Shown: positions 40,634 through 51,619, numbered from the stretch's first letter. The stretch is DNA of 64,000 bases from Prochlorococcus sp. AG-418-M08 (GCA_003213955.1 QCMG01000003.1:9769-73768), one strand, 5' to 3'. Notes: a model not told the origin generated them from the letters alone. A program made the numbers and translations.

Positions 40634-41461
40634 ATGTCTACAGTAGTTTTCACTTCCAATTCTTTGAGACATAAAGCATTTGCAGCAATAATAAATAACA
40701 ATCCAAATATCGATTTATTAAAAGTTTTTCATGAAGACGGGTCCCCCCTTAATGAATTGATTAAGAAAAGGGAAAAAAATATTATTGAGTTAGGACATCT
40801 AGAAGCAAGATCTATTGCGGAAAAAGATTTTTTTGAATTATATATTAATTCTCAAAACAAAATACAAGCTATCTCAGAAATTGTTCCAAGATCCTGGTTC
40901 TCCAGTAAAGCTTGTCTTGAGATTTTAAAAGAATTAAATCCAAGTCAAATTTTGGTCTATGGAACTTCAATAATAAAAGGTGAAATAATTAATTATTTTA
41001 AAAAGAAGATTTTAAATCTACATCTAGGTCTGAGCCCTTTTTATAGGGGTGCAGGTACTAATTATTTTCCCTTTGTTAATAATGAACCTGAATATGCAGG
41101 AAGTACTTTTATGTATCTTGATCAAGGCATTGATACTGGGGAAATCATTCATCAATTTAGACCATTAATTAATATAAATGATTCATTTCATCAATTTTCA
41201 AATAGATTTCTAATTAGTTCTTTTAAGACCTACTCAAAAATTGCTGAGAGAAATTTGAAATTTGGTTTATGTGAACCATTTTCAACTAATAATATTAAAA
41301 ATAAAAAAAGGCTAGTCTATAAGAAATCTGATTTTACTAGTGAAAGCGTAATTAAATTGTATAAGAATCTAAAAAACGGTATGCTTGATAAATATCTTCT
41401 TAATAAAGAAGAGAAATGCAATAATGTCCCTATTCTCCAACAAGATTGGCTTGAAGTTTAG
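40634..41461 (+). CDS. N10-formyl-THF-dependent formyltransferase (sugar N-formyltransferase-like)
   Basis: YGTSIIK, NLHLGLSPFYRG.GTN and LDQGIDTG.II.Q. Confidence 0.85.
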   Translation: MSTVVFTSNSLRHKAFAAIINNNPNIDLLKVFHEDGSPLNELIKKREKNIIELGHLEARSIAEKDFFELYINSQNKIQAISEIVPRSWFSSKACLEILKELNPSQILVYGTSIIKGEIINYFKKKILNLHLGLSPFYRGAGTNYFPFVNNEPEYAGSTFMYLDQGIDTGEIIHQFRPLININDSFHQFSNRFLISSFKTYSKIAERNLKFGLCEPFSTNNIKNKKRLVYKKSDFTSESVIKLYKNLKNGMLDKYLLNKEEKCNNVPILQQDWLEV

Positions 41462-41466
41462 AATTG

Positions 41467-42408
41467 ATGAAAGCATTAATGTACCATTATGTAAGGAAAT
41501 TCAATTCTAATTTTCCTTTCTCAAAACATAAGAAAATTGAAGATTTTGTAAATGAAATAAAAAACTTAATTAGCTTAGGCTACAAATTTAAAAATGTAAC
41601 AGAAGCAATTAAATCCCTTGAAACAGAGGAAGATACTCAGAAGATAATATTACTAACTTTCGATGATGGACTAAAAGACCATTTTAATGTAGCTAAGATA
41701 TTAAACAATTTAGGTATTAAAAAAGCGACATACTATATACCTACTAAACCATATTTAGACAACAAAATTCTTCATGTCCATAAGGCACATTTAATATTAT
41801 CTAAAGAGGGAGAAAAATCATTAGACTTACTTTTTGAAGCATGTAATAATTTAGGAATTTCATTATCAGATCATAGTAACTATAAGGTTGAAAAAGAAAA
41901 ATTCAAAAATGCTTATTCAAGATGGGATACCAATTCAAAAATAAAAGAGTTTAAAAGTTTAATTAATTATTATGGATCAATTGGAGTTAGGGATTTACTA
42001 CTAGATGAAATAATAAGCCAAATAGGAATTAAATTAAAAGCAAATGATTTATATCTTTCATTTAATGAGATTAAAGAAATATCTGAAATGGGATTTGAAA
42101 TAGGAAGTCATGGAGTAAGCCATACGTTACTAGCAAGATTAGATAAAAATACCCAAAAAGAAGAATTATATAATTCAAAGAAATTACTCGAAGAATTAAC
42201 TTCTAGAAATATAAATTCATTTTGCTATCCTTATGGTGGTAAAAAAAGTTATAACAAATATACTTTAGAATTATTTAAAGAAGTTGATTATCACAATGCC
42301 ATATCAGTAGAAAATAAAGATATAAATAAAGAAACTATTAAAAATAATTTTTTTGAAATTCCTAGATATGATTGCAATCAGATTAAAGATTTATTTTTAA
42401 AGAAATAA
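41467..42408 (+). CDS. Polysaccharide deacetylase (CE4/NodB)
   Basis: LMYHYVR, LTFDDG..DH, IGSHG.SH..L, FCYPYG and PR.DC. Confidence 0.9.
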   Translation: MKALMYHYVRKFNSNFPFSKHKKIEDFVNEIKNLISLGYKFKNVTEAIKSLETEEDTQKIILLTFDDGLKDHFNVAKILNNLGIKKATYYIPTKPYLDNKILHVHKAHLILSKEGEKSLDLLFEACNNLGISLSDHSNYKVEKEKFKNAYSRWDTNSKIKEFKSLINYYGSIGVRDLLLDEIISQIGIKLKANDLYLSFNEIKEISEMGFEIGSHGVSHTLLARLDKNTQKEELYNSKKLLEELTSRNINSFCYPYGGKKSYNKYTLELFKEVDYHNAISVENKDINKETIKNNFFEIPRYDCNQIKDLFLKK

Positions 42409-42842
42409 TTTTTTCTACAATTTTTAAAATTAATATTATTTAAGTATGCATGAAAAACTGTACCTAGCGCTTGACACAAACTCTTTATATTAATTTTACA
42501 AACCCTGATATAGATATCGATTAAACCTTTTGTTTTGAGTTGCATATTATTATGATGCTCTAAAAGCTGATCTAAAGCGGCATATTGCAAGACGCAATTA
42601 TCAATAAATTTTAAAATTTACCTTATAAAATCTGGAATTCCAATAATACTTTAGAGCGTTTGATTATTAAGTTTTAACAATCTTTCTTACACTAATAATA
42701 AAATATTCATCACCTACTTAAATATTAAGTTGGGGATAGTAAATTCTAAAAAGAAGATAAAACAAACTCTTTTATAAAGAGTTTATTTTAAATATTTATA
42801 AAGGAAACTAAGTTTAGTTTTATTTACCCAAGCCTAATATTA

Positions 42843-44144
42843 TCAATAACTACTTAATGCCGAATGATAAGCCTCAATATACTTTTTAGCAATAATTCTT
42901 GAATCCCAATATTTTTTAGCTTTTAATCGTGCTTGTGATGAAAGTTTTTTATTTCTTTCTTCATCCTCTAAAATCCAATTTATACCATATGCTAAAGATT
43001 TAGGATCATATGGATCAGCCAAATATCCAGTTTCTTGATGACTAACAATATCAATTAAACCTCCAATCTTGAATGCTGCAACAGGTGTTGCGCATGCATG
43101 AGCTTCAGATGCCGTTTGACCATAAGATTCTTGTATAGATGGAACGACCATTACATCTGCTGCTGAATAAACAACTCTAAGAGATAAATCATCATTAAAA
43201 GAACCTAAGAAATCTATTGGCAAATTATCTATAAATTCCTTATTACTTTCTTCTCCAAAAACTAAAATTTGAATTTTATGTTCAATATCTTCAAAATAAG
43301 AATCTCTCAAAATATTTAAAGCCTCTTTTAAGATATGAGATCCTTTTCTGGTATCTTTAGTCCCACCAATTGCTCCAAATAAAATAACTTTCTTATTTTT
43401 ATCAATGCCTAGTATATTTTTAGCATGTAATTTATTGATAGGCATCCAATGTTTTGTATTTATTGGATATGGTATTAAATGTATTGGCCAATTCATCATT
43501 AATGAACTTTTTTTTACGCACTCAAATAACCAATTAGATGTCGCTACTATATTTATTGGTTTTGTCCAGGATCTTTTCTTTCTCTTCCAAGTCCATCTAT
43601 TTATGTCAAATCCGTTTTCGTCAAAAATCCTACTTTTTGATGAATAATTTTCTCTATATCTAAAATCATTAATTTCTATGCCATTCTTATTAATAGGTGG
43701 ATGAGTATAATGCTCAGCTCCACAAAAAGGCCATTGATCATGTAATGTCCAAAAAATTGGGCCTTTTAATTTTCCTATTTCCTCAATTGATATTGTATTA
43801 TCCCCTAACCAATGAAGATGGGTTATTTCATTAGATGAATTATTGCTATTTATTTCTTTTAATAATCCAGTGTTTGGATAAGCAATACTATGAGCTGATT
43901 GATTCGATGTTTTAAAATTACTTTTTAAAAATCTCGATATTCTTGGTTGCAATCTTTTCCACAAATATGAATTATTTTTTAAAGAAATAACTTTTGGATC
44001 ATAACTATACTTCTTAATAACCTTCATCGAAGAATCTATTGAATAATCACTTTTACAATCTTCAAGACATCTATGGATTCTATAAGCAGCTCTAGAAGCT
44101 CCGCCAATTAAATCGTTATTACTTAAATGCACTATAGATAACAT
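42843..44144 (-). CDS. GT4 glycosyltransferase
   Basis: GGASRAAYR.H, WTLHD.WPFCG..H, RKG and ESYGQTASEA..C.TPV. Confidence 0.92.
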   Translation of the reverse strand: MLSIVHLSNNDLIGGASRAAYRIHRCLEDCKSDYSIDSSMKVIKKYSYDPKVISLKNNSYLWKRLQPRISRFLKSNFKTSNQSAHSIAYPNTGLLKEINSNNSSNEITHLHWLGDNTISIEEIGKLKGPIFWTLHDQWPFCGAEHYTHPPINKNGIEINDFRYRENYSSKSRIFDENGFDINRWTWKRKKRSWTKPINIVATSNWLFECVKKSSLMMNWPIHLIPYPINTKHWMPINKLHAKNILGIDKNKKVILFGAIGGTKDTRKGSHILKEALNILRDSYFEDIEHKIQILVFGEESNKEFIDNLPIDFLGSFNDDLSLRVVYSAADVMVVPSIQESYGQTASEAHACATPVAAFKIGGLIDIVSHQETGYLADPYDPKSLAYGINWILEDEERNKKLSSQARLKAKKYWDSRIIAKKYIEAYHSALSSY

Positions 44145-44279
44145 TAATGTTATTAGAACATAAATTCAATCTTACCCTATTTTCACTACTTAAGTAAGTA
44201 AACTATTTACTCTAAAAGTTAATTATTATTTTGAATATTTATATATAAAGAGAAAAACTTTTTTTCTAACTTTTCATTT

Positions 44280-45413
44280 CTATAAGACTTTTATTAAATT
44301 AGTTATTGTTCTATCCCAAGTAAAACTTTTATGTTGCCTTAAAAGTTTTTTTCTTAAACTTATATATTTTTCATAGGGATTGAAAATATCAATAATCCAA
44401 CTATAAACAATTAAAGGACTTGGATTAGCATCGAACATCTTCCCAAAATTAGATTTTGGTAAAGTTGAAGAAATACCTCCAACATCATGGCAAATTACTG
44501 GAACACCAAGTATTAAACATTCTCTATTAGATATTCCAAAAGCCTCAGCTTTTGAAAATAGAGTCCCAAAGTGCCAAGATTTCAATTCTTCGATAAAAAG
44601 ATCTAAATTTAAAAATTTATCTATAAATCCAACATACTTTATGCTGGGATGGTTAGGAACAGTATTCTTTTTAGGTCCAATTACTCTAATTTCAAAAGGA
44701 ACATTATTTTGATTAAAAGTATCCGCTAATTTTATTAAGAAATTACCACCTTTTCTTTCCCAATCAAGACCAATAAAGCCAACAATTATAGGATTATTAG
44801 TAGAAGGTTCTGGGGGCGTTAATAGTAACTTGCTTCTATCAATTTTTGTTGTATCTAAATTTGCACCTCCAGGTACAAGAGAAATTTTAGATTTATCAAT
44901 TTTATAATCTTTGATTAATGATTTAATTGCCCAACTTGAACGGCAAATAATTTTATTGGCTCTTAAATAATTTAATTTTTCTCGATTAATTATCTCACTT
45001 TTATAAGAATTACTTATTAGATTAGAGAGTCTATATTCATCAAGTATTTGTAATAGAGTGGCGTCGATATAAAAATATACATCCCATTTTTGAGGCCATG
45101 GATAACTTGGTAAAAGTTGATAAATACTAAATATAGTTAATTCTTGATCTTCTAAATATCTTATTTGCTTAATTAACTTTTTTGAATAAACTTCACTCCA
45201 TTGAAACCCTTGAGGTTTTCCATACTTCAAGAATTGTATAAAGTTCCATATTAATTTCCAATACTTTAACTTTTGATAATCAAGACTAATCGCTTTATCT
45301 ATCAATCCATATTGTTTTCCAGTTTTAAAAAAATTATATGGTAACCCTCCGTGAGTAGTATATGAATTAGCATCTCCATTACATATTAAATATCTTTTAT
45401 TTAATTTTTTCAT
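44280..45413 (-). CDS. GT4 glycosyltransferase
   Basis: PGGANL, FIGLDWERKGG and EAFGISNRE...GVPV. Confidence 0.9.
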   Translation of the reverse strand: MKKLNKRYLICNGDANSYTTHGGLPYNFFKTGKQYGLIDKAISLDYQKLKYWKLIWNFIQFLKYGKPQGFQWSEVYSKKLIKQIRYLEDQELTIFSIYQLLPSYPWPQKWDVYFYIDATLLQILDEYRLSNLISNSYKSEIINREKLNYLRANKIICRSSWAIKSLIKDYKIDKSKISLVPGGANLDTTKIDRSKLLLTPPEPSTNNPIIVGFIGLDWERKGGNFLIKLADTFNQNNVPFEIRVIGPKKNTVPNHPSIKYVGFIDKFLNLDLFIEELKSWHFGTLFSKAEAFGISNRECLILGVPVICHDVGGISSTLPKSNFGKMFDANPSPLIVYSWIIDIFNPYEKYISLRKKLLRQHKSFTWDRTITNLIKVL

Positions 45414-45890
45414 AAAATATAAATATTGTTTTTATAAGAATAATGCTTTAAGGGTAAAATCATAATTAATAATATTTAAAAGTTTATTAGAAGCACTCTT
45501 TTAATAAGATAAAAAATAACTTTTTTAATATTGATTTATTTAAAAAAATGACTATTTAAAATTTACTTTAAGTTTTATCTTTGGTAAAGGTGCAAGACAA
45601 GAATTTTTAAAACCAATTTAAATTTTAATTAAATATTACGCTCCTAATCATATGAACTTCATTTATTCGGAATAAATACATATGGGGCAAGCTAGATTTT
45701 TCTTACAATATTTAAGAATAAATACGAATCAACCTATATTTAATTCATACCAAGAATTTATATTATTTTTAATAATGAGATACATAATCGAATAATTATT
45801 TTTTGAGTATGTTTAGCTTAAATATCAACTGGAAATTAATTCCATAATATTTTAATATAGTTTCTTAATAAGCATAATTTATTTCTAAAA

Positions 45891-46832
45891 TTGGAAAAAT
45901 TACATCCTGATTTAAGAACCAAAATTATAGCTCTTGCATTATTTAAATCATGTAGACCAAAACAATGGACAAAGAACTTTCTAATTTTTGCAGTTATTTT
46001 ATTTTCTTTTATCTTTAATAAATTAGTATTTATTAATTGTTTATTAGGCTTTATAAGTTTTTGTTTTATTTCATCTTCAATTTATTTATTTAACGATATT
46101 AAAGATATATCAAAAGACAAACTACACCCTAAAAAAAAGTTCAGACCTATTCCTAATGGAAAATTACCCATAAATATAGCTATCAAAAGCTCTATTTTAT
46201 TAGCATTTATAAGTCTTATCTTTGGTTATTTAATATCATTTAAATTTTTTATAATAATTATTATTTATGGGATTATCCAAATCGCATATTGTTTAAGATT
46301 TAAAAAAGAACCAATTTTAGATGTTTTATGCATTGCATCAGGTTTTATGCTGAGGGCTCTTTCTGGAGTCGCAGCTTCAGAAATAGGTTTTTCTCCTTGG
46401 TTTATTTTAACTATTGGTCTTTTAGCATTATTTCTTGCTGTTGAGAAGAGAAAAGCTGAATTAAACTTTTACATCAAGGAATCTATATTAACCAGAGAAA
46501 TATTAAAGAAATATACTTTGCCTCTTCTCGAACGATATGCCAATTTATTAGCCACAAGTACTTTTATTAGTTATAGTTTATGGGCTGCAGGACCATCATT
46601 AAACGGTGCACAATCTTCATGGATGTTATTATCTATACCTTTTGTTCTAGTTGGTATTTTTAGATATCAATTCATAAGTGATAATAAAATTTCAAGCATA
46701 AGGAAAGCTCACGGCAATTATATTTCTACAGAAAATCCAGAGTTAATTTTGCTTTATGACAAAGGGATTCGATTTTCAATTATTGGATGGTTACTAACAA
46801 TTATATGCGTAGGACTATTTCTCACTTACTAA
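45891..46832 (+). CDS. Polyprenyl-phosphate phosphoribosyltransferase (UbiA family, DPPR synthase-like)
   Basis: RPKQWTKN, Y..NDI.D...D..HP.K..RP...G, D...IA.GF.LR..G and KRKAEL. Confidence 0.9.
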   Translation: MEKLHPDLRTKIIALALFKSCRPKQWTKNFLIFAVILFSFIFNKLVFINCLLGFISFCFISSSIYLFNDIKDISKDKLHPKKKFRPIPNGKLPINIAIKSSILLAFISLIFGYLISFKFFIIIIIYGIIQIAYCLRFKKEPILDVLCIASGFMLRALSGVAASEIGFSPWFILTIGLLALFLAVEKRKAELNFYIKESILTREILKKYTLPLLERYANLLATSTFISYSLWAAGPSLNGAQSSWMLLSIPFVLVGIFRYQFISDNKISSIRKAHGNYISTENPELILLYDKGIRFSIIGWLLTIICVGLFLTY

Positions 46833-46897
46833 TAATTTATATTCTAAAAAGGTTTAAAACATATTAAATTAAGATCATTCTAAAAAGAATTTGAAAC

Positions 46898-47836
46898 ATG
46901 AAAATTTTTATTCCTGGAGGTGCTGGATTGGTAGGCATAAATCTAATAGCAGCTATTAAAGAAAAATATCCAAAATGGGAACTAATAGTTGTTGATAAGA
47001 AATATCGTTCAATAAAAGTTGCAGAAGAAATTTTTCCAGATGTTAAATTTATTTGTGAGGATTTAACTAATGATATTAATCAAAGCTGGCCTTTAGAAAT
47101 TAAAGAATGCGATGTTTGTATAATGCTTCAAGCTGAAATTGGATCAAAAAGATCAAATTTATTTGAATTAAATAATGTTTTCTCTACCAAAATAATATTA
47201 AAGCAACTGAAGATTGCAGGAATTGAAAGAGTGATACATGTAAGCAGTTCAGTGGTTAATTCAAAAAGTGATGATTTATATACTGTCACTAAAAGGAAAC
47301 AAGAATTACTCGTTGCTGATATTTTTCCAAAATGCGTCGTTTTAAGACCTACTTTAATGTTTGGATGGTTTGATAGAAAACATCTTGGTTGGTTAGCAAA
47401 TTTTATGGTCAAATATCCTTTTTTTCCAATCCCTGCGAAAGGAGACTTTGTAAGACAACCACTATTCGTTGGTGATTTTTCCTCTATAATAATAAGTTGT
47501 ATTATAGATTCATCCATTACCGGAAAATATAATATATCTGGTTTAGAAAAAATTAAATATTTAAAACTAATGAGAATGCTAAAGGAAATTAAATCCTCAC
47601 AAATTTTCTTTATCCATTTACCAATACCAATATTTGCTTTTTTATTAAAGATTTGGTCTTTAATTTCAGAAAATCCTGCCTTTACTACTTCACAACTATA
47701 TTCACTTATTGCTGGGGATCAATTTGAAATTATAGATTGGCCAAATATTTTTAATGTAAAATCTACACCATTTAAAGAAGCATTAAAAATAACTCACAAA
47801 CATAAAAAATTTAGCAAAATAAATATACCATTTTAA
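46898..47836 (+). CDS. NAD-dependent epimerase/dehydratase (atypical SDR)
   Basis: PGGAGLVG, HVSSS, Y..TK..QE, LRPTLMFG and QPL.V.DF. Confidence 0.85.
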   Translation: MKIFIPGGAGLVGINLIAAIKEKYPKWELIVVDKKYRSIKVAEEIFPDVKFICEDLTNDINQSWPLEIKECDVCIMLQAEIGSKRSNLFELNNVFSTKIILKQLKIAGIERVIHVSSSVVNSKSDDLYTVTKRKQELLVADIFPKCVVLRPTLMFGWFDRKHLGWLANFMVKYPFFPIPAKGDFVRQPLFVGDFSSIIISCIIDSSITGKYNISGLEKIKYLKLMRMLKEIKSSQIFFIHLPIPIFAFLLKIWSLISENPAFTTSQLYSLIAGDQFEIIDWPNIFNVKSTPFKEALKITHKHKKFSKINIPF

Positions 47837-48133
47837 TTAAATTAATTCATTTTGAAAAACATTTTTATCATAGATAACTTAATAATATAAAAAAAGAACA
47901 TAAGCAAAAGTATTAAATTAAATCGATATCTAGTTAGAAAATATTTTAAAAATCAAAAAATATAGAGTAAAAATTTCAAAATAAAATAAAAATAACTTAA
48001 AATAATCTAGGAAAAAAGATCCATGAATATAAAATCTTTGGTGATAGATTAAAATGAGATTAAATATTATTCAAGTTAATTATGGATTAGAATATCAAAA
48101 TAAATTATCTTAGTAAATCAGTCATATATTCCT

Positions 48134-48868
48134 ATGAAGGATAATTATTTCAAGAGTGCATTTATACTTGGAGGGACAAGTACTATAGCTAAATCGATAT
48201 GTATAAAATTGGCTGAAAATGGTTGTAAAAAGTTTCATCTCGTTAGTAGAGATCCAGCAGCAAACAAACAATTAGTAGAGAAATTAAGAATTTTTTATAA
48301 ATCTGAAGTTACTGAAGAAAAGAATGATTTGTTATTAAATAATTCTTTGATAAACAACTTCAAACCAAAGGTAGACTTTTATGACATTTATTTAATAGCT
48401 CCAGGATTAATTGGGAATAATAATCTTGCCAATTCAAATTCAAAAGAGGCACTTAAAATTAGTTCGATAAATTATACAGGCATTATTCCATGGCTGATAG
48501 AAATAATGACTGAAAATCGAATTAAATATAAAGGTAGTTTGTGGGTCTTAAGTTCTGTCGCATCAGATAGAGGTAGACCCTCAAACTATCATTATGGTGC
48601 CTCTAAGGCAGCATTATCTATTTTCTGTGAAGGGCTTCTTCTACGCTGTGTTAATAAACCTTTTTCAGTAAGAATTATAAAAGCAGGATATATAACTTCT
48701 CCGATGACTGATGCGGCACCTAAGTTTCTTTGTACTTCTCCAAATAGAGTTGCCTCTATACTTTTAAAGAATCCTTATAAAAGAGGGATCGAATATCTTC
48801 CATGGTGGTGGAATTTAATTATGATTGCAGTTCGTAAATTACCTTCTTATTTAGCCGCAAAATTATGA
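48134..48868 (+). CDS. DprE2-like SDR (polyprenyl-phospho-2-keto-pentose reductase)
   Basis: ILGGTS.IA, NY.G, SSVA.DRGR.SNY.YGASKA and IK.G...SPMT. Confidence 0.85.
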   Translation: MKDNYFKSAFILGGTSTIAKSICIKLAENGCKKFHLVSRDPAANKQLVEKLRIFYKSEVTEEKNDLLLNNSLINNFKPKVDFYDIYLIAPGLIGNNNLANSNSKEALKISSINYTGIIPWLIEIMTENRIKYKGSLWVLSSVASDRGRPSNYHYGASKAALSIFCEGLLLRCVNKPFSVRIIKAGYITSPMTDAAPKFLCTSPNRVASILLKNPYKRGIEYLPWWWNLIMIAVRKLPSYLAAKL

Positions 48869-50244
48869 CAGAAAATTTAAAAAATTTTTCTAAAACTATT
48901 TCAGGATGGGGTCGCAACTCAAAAGCTTTAGTAAAAATTCTAAATCCTAAAAACAAAGAAGAATTACAAGACATTATTACAAATTCAAAAAAAAATTCTC
49001 TTATTGCGAGAGGTCTTGGAAGATCTTATGGCGATGCTGCTCAATTAAATAAAGGATCTGTTATTAATCTGGCTTATTTTCAAAATATTTATTTAAATAA
49101 AGCGAAAGGAATTGTAATTGTTGGAGGTGGAGTTAGCTTTAACGACTTGTTAAAAAAAATAATCCCAGAGGGATTTTTCTTGCCAGTTTCTCCAGGGACA
49201 AGAAATGTGACAGTTGGAGGCGCTATCGCTGCAGACGTTCATGGTAAAAATCACCATGTAAATGGCAGCTTTGGTAATCATGTAATTAATTTATTAATAG
49301 TAGATGGTTTAGGCCAAATTAAAAGTCTAAGTCCTAGAAAAAATGCGAATAAATCTGAAAAGGACAAATTTTGGGCGACCATAGGGGGTATGGGTTTAAC
49401 AGGAGTAATTATTGAAGCATCATTCTCTCTTATTCCTATTAAAACTTCAAAAATTAGTGTAGACACCTCAAGACACAAAGATATTGATTCTCTCATGGAA
49501 GAGATGATTATTTGCGATAACAAATTTCAATATAGTGTTGCCTGGTTGGACACACTTAATAAAAGCGGGAGAGGAATTCTTACTTGTGGTAATCACGCTA
49601 GCCCTGAACAACTAAAAAAGAAATTTGAAATTGATAATCCTTTAGGCTATTTGCCAAAATCATTAGCTACTGCTCCTCCTTTCATACCTAATGGTATTTT
49701 AAATAGATTAACAGTAAATGCTTTCAATGAAGCATATTTTAGAAAAGCTCCAAAATCAAAAAAACAAGAATTACAAGACATAACAAGTTTTTTTCATCCT
49801 CTTGATGGCATTCAAGAATGGAATAGAATATATGGCCCAAAAGGATTTCTTCAATACCAATTTGTAGTTCCTGATAGCTCAGCAAATTTAATAAAAGAAT
49901 CTATTGAGATATTTAGAAAAATTGGAATACCTAGTTTTCTTACTGTATTAAAAAGATTTGGGGAAGGAAATTATGCTTTTCTATCATTTCCTAAAAAAGG
50001 ATGGACTTTAGCTGTAGATATTCCATTATCTATACCTAAGCTTGATAGAACATTATTTGAATTAGATATAAAAATAGCTGAAGCTGGGGGAAGAATATAT
50101 TTAGCAAAAGATTCTAGACAATCTTCAGATATTCTCTCACTAACATATCCTAAATTAAATGAATGGAAAGTAATACAAAAATCAATGGATCCAAAAAGAA
50201 TTTTCTCTTCTGATTTAGCAATGCGACTGAATTTAATTAAATAA
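48865..50244 (+). CDS. DprE1-like FAD-linked oxidase (polyprenyl-phosphoribose 2'-oxidase)
   Basis: GWGR, RGLGRSYGDAA, PVSPGT..VTVGGAIA.D.HGKNHH..GSFG, FLQYQFVVP, FL.VLK.FG and GGR.YLAKDSR. Confidence 0.92.
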   Translation: MTENLKNFSKTISGWGRNSKALVKILNPKNKEELQDIITNSKKNSLIARGLGRSYGDAAQLNKGSVINLAYFQNIYLNKAKGIVIVGGGVSFNDLLKKIIPEGFFLPVSPGTRNVTVGGAIAADVHGKNHHVNGSFGNHVINLLIVDGLGQIKSLSPRKNANKSEKDKFWATIGGMGLTGVIIEASFSLIPIKTSKISVDTSRHKDIDSLMEEMIICDNKFQYSVAWLDTLNKSGRGILTCGNHASPEQLKKKFEIDNPLGYLPKSLATAPPFIPNGILNRLTVNAFNEAYFRKAPKSKKQELQDITSFFHPLDGIQEWNRIYGPKGFLQYQFVVPDSSANLIKESIEIFRKIGIPSFLTVLKRFGEGNYAFLSFPKKGWTLAVDIPLSIPKLDRTLFELDIKIAEAGGRIYLAKDSRQSSDILSLTYPKLNEWKVIQKSMDPKRIFSSDLAMRLNLIK

Positions 50245-50443
50245 ATACTATATTAAAACTCTGAAATTTTATTCCCTATACTTGTAAAATTTTATGTATA
50301 TTTTCTAAGTAAACTTGTTATTGCATAAATTTAATTTTGATATTTTAATAAATAATCCAAGTAAATTTTTTATGATTGCGATAATTTACTAATGAAAGGT
50401 TACATTATATTGAATATATTGATAATTTTTTTAAATTAATTCA

Positions 50444-51619
50444 ATGCAACGATCTCTAAGAAAGAATTCAATAATTATAGGTTTTTTAAGTTGGATATTT
50501 AGTATTTTCCTTTTTTCCCCAAGATTAACTCTTTTTCTTGGGGAAGGATCTGGAACCACACGTCGAGATGATATTTTAGCGCAGTGTTTTGACCCTTTCA
50601 CAAAAAATCTTAAAGAGCCGATACTAGCTTATCGTATTATTCAGCCATCAATAGCTAAAGCTTTGGGATGGTGCGGTGAAAAACGTGAATTCTTAGCCTT
50701 ATTGGGATCCCCAGGAATTGCATATATCACACTAATCTTAACTCTTATAATTTTAAATTTATCTTTAAAAAAGAGATTCAGTAATAGTTTGTCCCTATTA
50801 GCTACTTTCGGATTAGCTACTACTCACTTAACGCAATGGGTAAACACGCATTGGGGACATCCTGATTCATTAACCTTTTTACCTATTAGTCTATTGATGA
50901 TGTCTCGTCAGCCAATACTTATAATTATTGCTACTTCAATTGGATGCATTAATGATGAGAGAATTATCCTTTCATTACCTTTTATATTGCTTTGGTGGTG
51001 GCCAAAAAACAAATCATGGAATCAAAGCCTAAAAAATCTTTTCCCATTAATTTTGTCTTCCTTTATTGGAATAGCTATAGCTTTTTTTATCAAAGTATCT
51101 TTACAACAAGGATTAATTGGTCCAGGGATCTTTGAACCTTATGAAGTAGATACTATTAATGGATATTTTCGGATATTTAATCCTTCCAATTGGTTGGGAT
51201 TGGCTTTTATGGTTTTTCTTGGATTTAGATGGCTCTGGATTATTCCTATCTTTGCTTTAGTGATTCTCTTCAAAGGTAGGTTATCTCTTCGATCATTTAT
51301 ATTTATTATTTCATCTTTACTTGCTATTTTAGCAACTTTTACAGTGGCAGATGTGAGTCGGTCATGTGCATTCTTTTTCCCTATGATTCCTGTTGCTATG
51401 GAAATTCTTAAAGATCAATCTACTTGGTCTGAATCAAAATTAAAATTTTGGATTAGTTGGATTATTGGCCTAAATGTCATAACACCTGCTTTAAAAGTTT
51501 ATGGTATACCTCCCGATTGGTGGGCTGTTAGTCCTCTTGAATGGGCAACTCCTGCACTACCTCTTCCAATTAATATGTGGAAATGGCTTACTTCTCCAAA
51601 TGGAGCAATTACTTGGTAA
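50444..51619 (+). CDS. Polytopic membrane protein, putative GT-C glycosyltransferase
   Basis: About 10 hydrophobic segments, an early periplasmic-type loop (RRDD, YRIIQP) and acidic residues (HPDS, NDER); sits within the DPA-type cluster. Confidence 0.5.
   Translation: MQRSLRKNSIIIGFLSWIFSIFLFSPRLTLFLGEGSGTTRRDDILAQCFDPFTKNLKEPILAYRIIQPSIAKALGWCGEKREFLALLGSPGIAYITLILTLIILNLSLKKRFSNSLSLLATFGLATTHLTQWVNTHWGHPDSLTFLPISLLMMSRQPILIIIATSIGCINDERIILSLPFILLWWWPKNKSWNQSLKNLFPLILSSFIGIAIAFFIKVSLQQGLIGPGIFEPYEVDTINGYFRIFNPSNWLGLAFMVFLGFRWLWIIPIFALVILFKGRLSLRSFIFIISSLLAILATFTVADVSRSCAFFFPMIPVAMEILKDQSTWSESKLKFWISWIIGLNVITPALKVYGIPPDWWAVSPLEWATPALPLPINMWKWLTSPNGAITW

Noticed and set aside
42378-42600. 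70-aa minus-strand ORF, and a protein-like plus-strand fragment (YYYDALKADLKRHIARRNYQ) interrupted by stops
   Set aside because: This could be a decayed gene remnant, but I cannot tie it to any family, so there is not enough support to call a pseudogene.
45649-45684. Near-palindrome ATTTATTC-G-GAATAAAT flanked by CATATG
   Set aside because: An 8-bp A/T-rich inverted repeat is expected several times by chance in 64 kb at this composition.
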